A stretch of 32,000 nt of DNA from Wolbachia endosymbiont strain TRS of Brugia malayi. Lineage in GTDB: Bacteria > Pseudomonadota > Alphaproteobacteria > Rickettsiales > Anaplasmataceae. The notes under the pieces are model-generated. The model saw nothing but the letters and a program-made list of their open reading frames with translations. It was not told the origin of the DNA and searched no databases. Position 1 is the stretch's first letter; each line of letters begins with the position of its first letter. This document shows, in pieces, positions 18,555 to 26,672 of the stretch. The DNA lies in contig NC_006833.1 of the NCBI RefSeq assembly GCF_000008385.1, positions 960,001 to 992,000 of the forward strand. The letters are read 5' to 3'. The position numbers were made by a program, and so were the translations under genes.

Positions 18555-18592
18555 AAAAACCCAGTGGTGCTGGTTTTGACCCTATAATAATT
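18555..18592. repeat. possible degenerate repeat fragment in priA-recR spacer
   Basis: AAAAAAACCCAGTGGTGCTGGTTTTGACCC resembles the CCAGTGCTTGACCC core. The match is short and imperfect. Confidence 0.25.
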
Positions 18593-18927
18593 TAAATTGG
18601 CGCTGTAATAATTTGCTGACGCTTAGTCTAAGCGCAATTCGGCTGAATGCAGAAAAAATTCAAAAGACATGCAGACACTATAACTTGACATAATTCGCCA
18701 AAAAATACCTCAAGTCTTTTACTGAACTCACGCAGATCAAAAATAAGTTGTGAGTCAGAAATACCCTTATTATTATTATAATGAGGCTTTAAATATGCAG
18801 AAGTAATTTTCTCCGTTGGAGTAAAAAATTTTTTTTATAGTTAACCAAAGTAAGATCAAGAGAGATTTACCACTTTCTCTATAAAGGGTTTGATGTTACC
18901 ATTTACGAACTATACTAAACTTATTGA

Positions 18928-19533
18928 ATGAACATTAACATAAAGAATTTAGTTCATGCTTTTTCCAAATTGCCAAGTCTAGGGCCATCATCATCAAGAA
19001 GGTTAGTTATACACTTACTCCAAAACAAGGAGAAAGTCATGCTACCTCTTGCATCTTCGATTAAAGAGCTGGCAGATCTTATAATAGAGTGTAAGGTTTG
19101 CGGAAATCTAGATACTCAATCACCTTGTTCTATTTGTACCAACCCAAAGCGTGACACTAAGCTAATGTGCGTAGTAGAAGAATTAGGCGACTTATGGGCA
19201 TTTGAAAAAGGAAGTATATATTCAGGTATGTACCATGTTTTGGGCGGTAGATTATCAGCAATAAATGGCATAGGTCCAGAAAAACTCAACCTTGATAATA
19301 TTCCTAAAAGAGTCACAGAGTTTAAAATTGAAGAGGTCATTATCGCAATTAATCCAACATTGGAGGGCCAAGTTACCGTACAGTATATAATTGAATCGCT
19401 AAAAAATTTAGATGTGAAAGTATCACGCCTTGCTTGTGGTATACCAATGGGTGGCGAAATTGATTACCTAGATGAAGGAACGTTAAAAGCAGCACTTACT
19501 TCAAGACAAGAATATGAGTCGAATATAAAATAG
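18928..19533 (+). CDS. recR: recombination protein RecR
   Basis: 201 aa. N-terminal helix-hairpin-helix region ([17 protein letters not shown]), C4 zinc finger ([18 protein letters not shown]) and a Toprim-like region ([15 protein letters not shown] ... [14 protein letters not shown]). Confidence 0.92.
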
Positions 19534-19586
19534 GACATGTACTTAAAAAACTTATATCGCTAATAACCTTCAGAAGAAAAGAAACA

Positions 19587-20300
19587 GTGCTACCACTCAA
19601 GGTGGTGGATTGGGAAAATGACTACCTAAACTATAAGCACTTTTCAGGTAAATTCAACACTATAATAAAAACAACTGGCCAGTTTTTTACAATAATATCT
19701 TTAGAAGGATATGCAGATGGGGCAAGACATTTTTTTGAAAGAGTGGGTAAAAGAGTTAAAGCAACAAAATGAAATTGCAGCTTATTGTAGCGCATGGAAC
19801 ACCAATGCATCGGACTAATCACTGCCTTCTTTTTTAAATCTTCTATTCGAAGACTTATTCGCGCCATATGAAGTAAAAAGAAGTGTTATATAACATTTCA
19901 AGAACATAAAACAAGAGCTATTTTCTTTAAACACACTAGAAAAGCTAATCAGTAAATCTCCACTTGCTATGCTTTCCATATTGCTTGACCCTACAAAAGA
20001 GGCCGATAGAAAAGACATTAGCTCTATACTGAGAGAGTTGAGTATTCTTCAGAGAGAAGAGAAGAAACATTAAGGATTTAAAACACAATTAGCAAGAGTA
20101 GTTAATAGAATTAGGAAAGACAAAAACACCTACATAATGGTGGACAACCTTGATATATTCCATCATAAAGGTATTGCTGATTTTCTGGAATCTATAAAGT
20201 ACATGCTTAACACAGAGAAGGACTTGTTCTCATTATTTCTGTCAGTAGAGATAAGAGTAATGTATATAAGGCTATTAACACAATACTTGGTAAAATTTTG
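19587..20300 (+). pseudogene. KAP-family P-loop NTPase remnant
   Basis: DYLNYKHFSGKFNTIIKTTGQFFTIISLEGYADGARHFF, then a frameshift, then LKEWVKELKQQNEIAAYCSAWNTNASD-stop. This matches the KAP layout D.L.r..fa..l...i....vigL.G.WG.GKT.FL......L.....v.FnAW......D, but the Walker A is decayed (GYADGAR). Further on, YIMVDNLDIFHHKGIADFLESIKYMLN resembles the KAP Walker B block (IDDLDRC....evLe.ik.l). Multiple stops and large deletions. Confidence 0.55.
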
Positions 20301-20491
20301 ATCTGAGATCTTTTATTGATCTCTTTTTACACTTATCAAAACAACCGATAAAAATTTTACATAAGAACTATTTTAAAATATAAAGTTACCGAAAAATTAA
20401 AAAGTTTAATTATAAACAATTTTATATTTTATATAGAAAGTCTACCGCTATTGTTAGAAACAATAAAACACTGCGTAAAAAAAATAAAACT

Positions 20492-20743
20492 ATGTCTTTT
20501 AAACTATATAAAGGAAGAATCGCCCGCCCCAAATTTGTTTTCGTTTCTGATAACACTATAATCAATAGGTATCAACGTATATGAGGGACTGGATTACTCA
20601 TATCAGAAGGCATTAGAAAAAATTGAAAATGAATATAGACCTGCAGTGTTGAACTACATAAATAGCCAGGAAGAATGGGAAAAGCTTAAAACCTTTTTTA
20701 AGGCTGCTTTTAAAGAGAAAGGCTCAGAGGCCACAAGCTCATG
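20492..20743 (+). pseudogene. small (~85 codon) unknown gene with one frameshift
   Basis: MSFKLYKGRIARPKFVFVSDNTIINRYQRI-stop, then in the next frame YEGLDYSYQKALEKIENEYRPAVLNYINSQEEWEKLKTFFKAAFKEKGSEATSS-stop. Confidence 0.3.
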
Positions 20744-20929
20744 AAGCAAATATAAGGAACATTCTGTTTTGAAAGTACCCCTGCCTTTGTGCACCAAAAA
20801 CAGGGGTAACATTTAGTAACCACGGTCACCTTCATTTAGAAACTTCTGACAAAAGCTCTTGTTTATGTGTAGTACTAGATTGCTCTTTATTCATATTGTT
20901 AAACAAATTAATCTTCTCTTTTACAGGTA

Positions 20930-21536
20930 TTAAATTTGCACTTGAAGAATTTTTTGATTTCTGAGCAGTATTAGTATTTTTAATAACCTGCTGCATTGTT
21001 GGACTAAACCCTCTAACATTGTGCTATCCACTATTTTACCGCTGTCACTAAAAGCGATTGTCGATACTCTACTTCCCTGTAGTTTCAAAGTATGGAGTAG
21101 AGCCATTCACCCCTTCAATAACATGCCACAAACAATATTTAACGACACATTTATATGTTTAAATTGTTTACTAAAACTCTTATTCTGAGCATCCTGCTCA
21201 AAAATGGAGTAGAGCCATTCACCCCTTCAATAACATGCCACAAACAATATTTAACGACACATTTATATGTTTAAATTGTTTACTAAAACTCTTATTCTGA
21301 GCATCCTGCTCAAAAATTGCTTTTATTCCAGCAAATCTAGCTTGATAAGATTTTGGGAGAACAGGTGGAGTAATCTTTCCAAGTTTTATTACTTTTTCTA
21401 ACTCATTCTACGACTATAACTCAGTTTCTGGCGCTCTTGCGCGGTACCTGCGGAGCAATCATACCTTATTGAGTTAACCTTTCCTTTGTTTTTAGGAAAA
21501 ACTTTTAGATTATTTTTTTCTACTGTAGTAGTCATT
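20930..21536 (-). pseudogene. unknown gene remnant disrupted by frameshifts and a 112-bp tandem duplication
   Basis: ATG at 21536 gives MTTTVEKNNLKVFPKNKGKVNSIRYDCSAGTAQERQKLSYSRRMS-stop. The next frame gives NELEKVIKLGKITPPVLPKSYQARFAGIKAIFEQDAQNKSFSKQFKHINVSLNIVCGMLLKG-stop. Then ...SRVSTIAFSDSGKIVDSTMLEGLVQQCSRLLKILILLRNQKILQVQI-stop (20930-20932). Confidence 0.4.
21092..21317. repeat. perfect 112-bp tandem duplication (about 2.0 copies)
   Basis: ATGGAGTAGAGCCATTCACCCCTTCAATAACATGCCACAAACAATATTTAACGACACATTTATATGTTTAAATTGTTTACTAAAACTCTTATTCTGAGCATCCTGCTCAAAA at 21092-21203 repeats at 21204-21315. I could see no mismatch. Confidence 0.9.
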
Positions 21537-21612
21537 TTTTTACCTCTAAGCCTATCAACCAATAGAATTATAAACTTAAAGATATTAATTTTATAATAAC
21601 AATGCCGATAGA

Positions 21613-22884
21613 CTAAATATTTACTCTAGCTTCAATAAGCATTGCCAGAGGATTCTCTATATAATGTTTAAAGGCGTTTAAAAATTTTGCTCCTAACACC
21701 CCGTCAACTGCTCTGTGGTCAACAGAAAGCGTTACTGTTATTATCTCTACTATCTCTATTTTTTCATCGATAACAATAGGCTGCTTTTTAGATGTACCAA
21801 TAGCCATAATGCAAGACTGTGGTGGATTGATTATAGCACTAAAAGTTTTTATACTGAACATTCCTAAGTTGGAGATAGTAAATCCGCCTCCTTGAAATTC
21901 TTCTGGTCCCAATTTTCCAGACCTCGCTCTGATTACTAGATCTTTCACTTCTTTTGATATAGACAAAATACCTTTTTCATCAGCATTTTTCACTATAGGA
22001 GTAATGAGTCCATCTTCAAGTGCTACAGCGATTGAAATATCTATATTTGCATACCTCAGTATTTTATTATCTATCCACGAAGAATTTATATCAGGAAATT
22101 TTTTCATGCTGAAAGCCACAGCTTTTATAATTAAGTCATTAATTGTTACTTTATTGTTTTTATCTGCTGAGTTAATCTCATTTTTGAGCGATATTAGCTT
22201 ATCAACTTGGCACTCCACAGTTAAGTAAAAATGTGGAATATTCTGTTTAGCCTCAATGAGGCGTTGCGCTATCACTTGGCGCATGTTACTTACTTCAAGT
22301 ATAGTATCTTCATCCGATCTTTCACGATTTTTAATTTGTACACCACTATCTAAAAACCCCAGTACATCAGCTTTAATAATACGGCCATATGGCCCAGTAC
22401 CCTTTAACCGTCTAACATTGATCCCTTCATTCTGAGCTATTTTTTTAGCTAATGGGCTTACTTTTATCCTACTTTCTGTTGTCTTAGTACCCTCTTCCTT
22501 CTTAGATTCCTGTGTCAAGCACTGAGATGACATCGAAGGGTTGGATGATACTGAAGAGGTGGTTACAACTTTCTCCTTAACCTCAATATTGACAGCAGGA
22601 ACTGAAACATAGTTATCAATCGCACTTTTGTCTTCCCCTTCTTCTAGCATTAGAGCTATCAGCTGATTAACAGGCACGCCGCTTGTTCCTTCCGACACTA
22701 AAATTTTCGCTAAAACCCCTCTATCTACAGATTCAAACTCCATTATGGCTTTATCAGTCTCTATTTCAGCAATTACATCACCTACTTCAACTCTATCTTG
22801 CTCTTTCTTACACCACTTCACAATCTTTCCCCCAGTTTTACTCATCGTTGGAGAAAGAGCAGGCATTAATATTTCTATAGGCAT
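21613..22884 (-). CDS. pdhC: pyruvate dehydrogenase complex E2, dihydrolipoamide acetyltransferase
   Basis: 423 aa. Lipoyl domain MPIEILMPALSPTM...EIETDKAIMEFES, E3-binding domain SPLAKKIAQNEGINVRRLKGTGPYGRIIKADV and catalytic LSVDHRAVDG. Confidence 0.92.
   Translation of the reverse strand: MPIEILMPALSPTMSKTGGKIVKWCKKEQDRVEVGDVIAEIETDKAIMEFESVDRGVLAKILVSEGTSGVPVNQLIALMLEEGEDKSAIDNYVSVPAVNIEVKEKVVTTSSVSSNPSMSSQCLTQESKKEEGTKTTESRIKVSPLAKKIAQNEGINVRRLKGTGPYGRIIKADVLGFLDSGVQIKNRERSDEDTILEVSNMRQVIAQRLIEAKQNIPHFYLTVECQVDKLISLKNEINSADKNNKVTINDLIIKAVAFSMKKFPDINSSWIDNKILRYANIDISIAVALEDGLITPIVKNADEKGILSISKEVKDLVIRARSGKLGPEEFQGGGFTISNLGMFSIKTFSAIINPPQSCIMAIGTSKKQPIVIDEKIEIVEIITVTLSVDHRAVDGVLGAKFLNAFKHYIENPLAMLIEARVNI
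22480..22580. repeat. in-frame repeat fragment in the pdhC inter-domain linker
   Basis: The coding strand reads GTCATCTCAGTGCTTGACAC (plus strand 22512-22534 region), encoding SMSSQCLTQ. It is 17/20 identical to the priA 3' core and is read in the same frame. Confidence 0.5.
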
Positions 22885-23224
22885 TTATTATAAGTTTAAA
22901 ATCTATTCAATTTTTAATTTACTCTTTATCTTGTGTTTGTGTCAATCTAATCGTAAATTATGATGAACAAATTTACCATAAGGTCTGTGACATCAATGAA
23001 GACTGTGGGTGGACAAAAATTAGTCTACTTAGCGATAAGCGCTATGCGATGATAAAAGAAAATATTCATGAATATCAAAACAGAGTACAGGCAGTAAGAT
23101 TACTATGAAAACAGATGAGTCTGTTATAATGAGAATAAAAAAGTACAGTAAAGAATGGTGCCTGCTATCCTCTTCAAAAAGTAAAGCTTGGGTACAAAAA
23201 AAGCATATATATGGATTGATTAGG

Positions 23225-23722
23225 TTAAAAAAGGATCTTGACTGGCAGTAGTTCCTGAATCTTCTGTAGCATGCTCCTTGTATGAAGTAGAAGGTTCTTT
23301 ACACTCCGGAAAGTTACTCTCCTGTACAGAGTATTACATTGCCCACAGAAACTTCTTAACGTCTCTTCAGCAGATGAATTTAAAATTTGTATAATAGACC
23401 TTTCACTTTGTTCTTTTGGTGATTGATCAATCCTAGAAATCAACCCAGAAACCCTACTATCTTCTTTTTCAGCTTCACTTTTTATTTTACTTTTTATACT
23501 TGCAATGTTACCTTGGTCGATTTCCTTTTTTGTTATATTGAATGAACTTGCAATACCTTGATACTTGATCTTGCAATCGCCACTACCAACTATACAAAGA
23601 GTAATAGAGTCAGATAGCTCACTTGCAGCCTGCTTACGTATGGCGTAAGCCAAATAATTATCATGGTATTCAACGTTAAATTGTTATTCTATTAACTTAG
23701 AAATTTTACTTTTTAGAGACAT
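23225..23722 (-). pseudogene. unknown 165-codon gene with premature in-frame TAA at codon 13
   Basis: Strong SD TAAGGAGGGG (23729-23738, minus strand), a 6-nt spacer, then ATG at 23722. Translation is MSLKSKISKLIE-TAA(23686-23684)-QFNVEYHDNYLAYAIRKQAASELSDS... The ORF-track 142-aa version only begins at a TTG at 23653. Confidence 0.45.
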
Positions 23723-23876
23723 AAAGTACCCCTCCTTATAGCCGCACCTCTCCGTTAAAAAACAGCAATTAAACCTAAACAACAAGCTTATACATGCTTT
23801 ATTTTAACTAATTATTAAAGCAAGAGGTAGAATCTATACCTTTCAGGTATTTTAGCTATAATTCAGAATCTTTTGG

Positions 23877-26672
23877 CTATAGCCCTAATAATTTCTTTTT
23901 GATTTCTTCCTCTATCTCCCTAGTTATACCGGGATAAAGTTTTTCAATTAAACTGCTAACACTAACATTACTATTCTGGTCCACAAGAGCATTAATTATT
24001 TCTTCCACTTTTTTACCATCAATCTGTACAGATTTAATAATAATATAACCAGGAGAGCCTCTGCCATAGGTTTGATTAATGTCATCAATACAGCCACCTG
24101 CACCAGGATTACTGCTCCTAAAACCACTGCTACATTTTACCTTTTCATACTTGATTTTACTATCTTTTATATATGCTACTTGATTGTCTTCAGTAAAATT
24201 TTTATCTGTTACTATTGTTGGATTTCCTAATATCTTTAAATTACCTAAATTATTATGGATCTTCGTCTTCTTATACTCTTTTCCACCGTACATCCTATAT
24301 TTACCACCACCTGCAACAGTAATTAAATCTTTACAGTTTGCTTCTGAAGAGTCTTTGCACATTTTTATGAAAGTTGGTCCACCATCCTTATTGGATATAT
24401 GACTTGTGAGTCTACCACCCCCCTCTGTAGCTTGAGCTCTAATTATAGGATATTCAGGATCAACTTTTAATTGAATTTTGATATAATCTCCTGGCATTCC
24501 TGGTCTACTTTCCATAGAGTGAGCTGCATTTTTTACATGACCTGCTTCACCACCTCCCCATGCTTCTATTTCAATATAACCGTATTTTGATAAATCACCT
24601 GTATAATTATTATCACCTAAAAAGGTATAAGGTTGCGGCAAATTTTTATTTTTCAGCCGTTTGTTTATTGTATCCAGCACCTTTTTCTTCACACTCTCCA
24701 AGTCAAGCTTACATAATTTATCAGCGTAAAAGACCTCTGTTCTGTTTACCTTAATTGGTCGATCTTTTAATTGTGTGCACTTCTGTACTTCATTTTTTTC
24801 ATTTCTCAATGTTCTGCCATTTTTGTCTTTACAATCCACTTCCTCATATCTTAAGTAAAATGGACTACCATCTTTTTTATTTAAATATTGTTCTAAATCT
24901 GTCAATCTATATACTACTTTCAGTCCTTTATTAGATGCAAATGCTTTATCTATTTCATCATTTCTTTCTACACAGTAACTGCACTTTTCTTTCTCCTGTT
25001 TATTTTCGTCAGGGAAGAAAACATACCCTTGCTTGTTGAATATCATTTCGTCTAACTGTTTTTGAGGTCTTTTTAACAGGTCAATTATCTCCTTTTCCTT
25101 GCTTGGAAGATAATAGAACTGATTTGATTCCTTTGAATAAACAGCATTGTATTTAATATACCTCGCTCCTATTGATTTTAGCGATATTATCTCACCATCT
25201 CTCTCAAGAACAAACTCTTCTGGCTCTGGTTTCCAGCCAGAAAGGCAAAGCATTTTACCATTAGAATTTTCTTGATCTTTTACTCTCATATATCTCACTT
25301 CTATCTTTGGTCGTCCCATATTATCCAATTCCCACTTAGTAGATCCAATTTCACTGTTTTCCTTGGAATTTGTTATACTGTAGCTCTTACCATCAGGAAA
25401 CTGGATCCCAATATTAGGAGTAAGCCCATATTTTTCTAAAACTTCAAACTGAGGGTTCTTTCTTAAGATACCTTCTATAACATCAGTGATATTACCTTCA
25501 TTATTATTACTATTAGTTGTTTTCTTTACTATCCTCGGTTTGACTACTTTCAAAGATAGAGGGCCAATGTTTGTTGAAGAACCAGTATTAACATAGAAAG
25601 CATTTGCACCCATCTTCATTTTTACCTCCAGTGTATTTTCATCTACTATCTCTACCCTTTCAGGTTCTGGAGCAGGTGGGGCCGGAAAACAGCTGACAGA
25701 CTGGAGATTTTCTTTATCCATATTTTGAGTTCCATAGTATTCAGCACAGAGCTGATCCTTTTTTCTATAGGTCTTGAAGTAATAAGTAGTACCCTTACCA
25801 TCTTCAACCTCGTGTGAAGTTCTTTGGAAATCCAATTCTTTTTTTTCTAATTTACCAATGATTACCCTAACTCTTGGGTTAAAGTAATCATTGTCCTTAT
25901 TTGTTATAGGGACAATTTTAACCTGTGGAAGTAACATTCCAAGTTGTTCACAGAATGGAGGTGGACCAGGTGCAAGTGGTATAGGAGCACACTTTATCTT
26001 TTGCTTTCCTTCATTCCATGATGAACAAGTATCACAAGCTTTTCCCATATTCCCTAGATGGAAAATGTTTTCTCCTGAAAACACTCTAGCACCCCATGAA
26101 GAAATTCCTGACATACAAGACCCTTTTTGACTGCAAGCGCATATTTTAGGAGAATTAGAAAATTTTACTTTCTCTTCATCAGTAACATTATCTGCCCATT
26201 CCCACTTAAGGCCCTTCGCAATTCCTTCTTTGATCTTTTCACTGTTATCTGTCCTAATCGTCCCATCAGCTAATATTTTATCTCCTTCCCAATCGATAAA
26301 AACCGCAGCAGAAACTCCAGCACCTGTACTTTGTGTTCCATATATCTGGCGGCAGGATGTTCCACTAGGTAATATATAACAATTATTTTTTCCTTCGTAA
26401 TCACAGACCTGAATCTTTGGGTCAAAATAACCATCAGTTCCTTGGTCTTTTACCTGCCTTACTGTAATGTATTGGTATAATCTTTCATCAACCTGAAAAC
26501 TTCCAGCAGTACCAAAACTAAAAATTTTTATAAAACCCTCTAAAGCTTTTTTACCCCCAGCTTCAAATTTAGTATTATTCTCTACAAAAGGCGGGCAATC
26601 AGCATATCCTTGACATGAGAGATAAAATGTCAAAAAGAATATCAATAAAAAATTAAGTTTTACACTTTCCAT
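23877..26672 (-). CDS. 931-aa exported Cys-rich protein with C-terminal glycine-rich domain, unknown function
   Basis: N-terminal signal peptide MESVKLNFLLIFFLTFYLSCQGYADC, with a possible lipobox-like LSC. About 24 Cys and no further TM segments. Pro-rich hinges (PLAPGPPPF, PAPPAPEPE). The C-terminal ~240 aa carry spaced Gly clusters (EAWGGGEAGH, TEGGGR, KDGGPT, VAGGGKYRMYGG, NPGAGGC, YGRGSPGYIIIK). The start overlaps the VirB4-like stop by 20 nt. Confidence 0.75.
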   Translation of the reverse strand: MESVKLNFLLIFFLTFYLSCQGYADCPPFVENNTKFEAGGKKALEGFIKIFSFGTAGSFQVDERLYQYITVRQVKDQGTDGYFDPKIQVCDYEGKNNCYILPSGTSCRQIYGTQSTGAGVSAAVFIDWEGDKILADGTIRTDNSEKIKEGIAKGLKWEWADNVTDEEKVKFSNSPKICACSQKGSCMSGISSWGARVFSGENIFHLGNMGKACDTCSSWNEGKQKIKCAPIPLAPGPPPFCEQLGMLLPQVKIVPITNKDNDYFNPRVRVIIGKLEKKELDFQRTSHEVEDGKGTTYYFKTYRKKDQLCAEYYGTQNMDKENLQSVSCFPAPPAPEPERVEIVDENTLEVKMKMGANAFYVNTGSSTNIGPLSLKVVKPRIVKKTTNSNNNEGNITDVIEGILRKNPQFEVLEKYGLTPNIGIQFPDGKSYSITNSKENSEIGSTKWELDNMGRPKIEVRYMRVKDQENSNGKMLCLSGWKPEPEEFVLERDGEIISLKSIGARYIKYNAVYSKESNQFYYLPSKEKEIIDLLKRPQKQLDEMIFNKQGYVFFPDENKQEKEKCSYCVERNDEIDKAFASNKGLKVVYRLTDLEQYLNKKDGSPFYLRYEEVDCKDKNGRTLRNEKNEVQKCTQLKDRPIKVNRTEVFYADKLCKLDLESVKKKVLDTINKRLKNKNLPQPYTFLGDNNYTGDLSKYGYIEIEAWGGGEAGHVKNAAHSMESRPGMPGDYIKIQLKVDPEYPIIRAQATEGGGRLTSHISNKDGGPTFIKMCKDSSEANCKDLITVAGGGKYRMYGGKEYKKTKIHNNLGNLKILGNPTIVTDKNFTEDNQVAYIKDSKIKYEKVKCSSGFRSSNPGAGGCIDDINQTYGRGSPGYIIIKSVQIDGKKVEEIINALVDQNSNVSVSSLIEKLYPGITREIEEEIKKKLLGL

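Noticed and set aside
18620-18634. Perfect 15-bp palindrome CGCTTAGTCTAAGCG as an operator site.
   Set aside because: A 7-bp-arm palindrome is expected by chance about once or twice in 32 kb. I found no second copy and no positional link to a promoter.
18371-18927. The long priA-recR spacer as SRP RNA, tmRNA or RNase P RNA. GGTGCTGGTTTTGACC superficially recalls the 4.5S 5' region.
   Set aside because: I could not find the conserved cores: GGAAG...AGCAG of SRP domain IV, GAGGAAAGTCC of RNase P, or a T-arm/CCA-like tmRNA end. The resemblance is better explained by the repeat family.
20776-20808. GC-rich 8-bp inverted repeat TACCCCTG...CAGGGGTA as a terminator.
   Set aside because: The loop is 17 nt and no T-run follows on either strand. 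Several such inverted repeats are expected by chance at this window size.
21092-21317. The tandem repeat as a CRISPR array or minisatellite array.
   Set aside because: There are only two directly abutting 112-bp copies with no spacers, and there are no cas genes. It is a simple duplication.
23877-26672. The 931-aa protein downstream of virB4 as a VirB6 paralog, as in the canonical rickettsial virB3-B4-B6 operon.
   Set aside because: VirB6 proteins are polytopic membrane proteins. This one has only an N-terminal signal sequence and is otherwise hydrophilic and Cys-rich.
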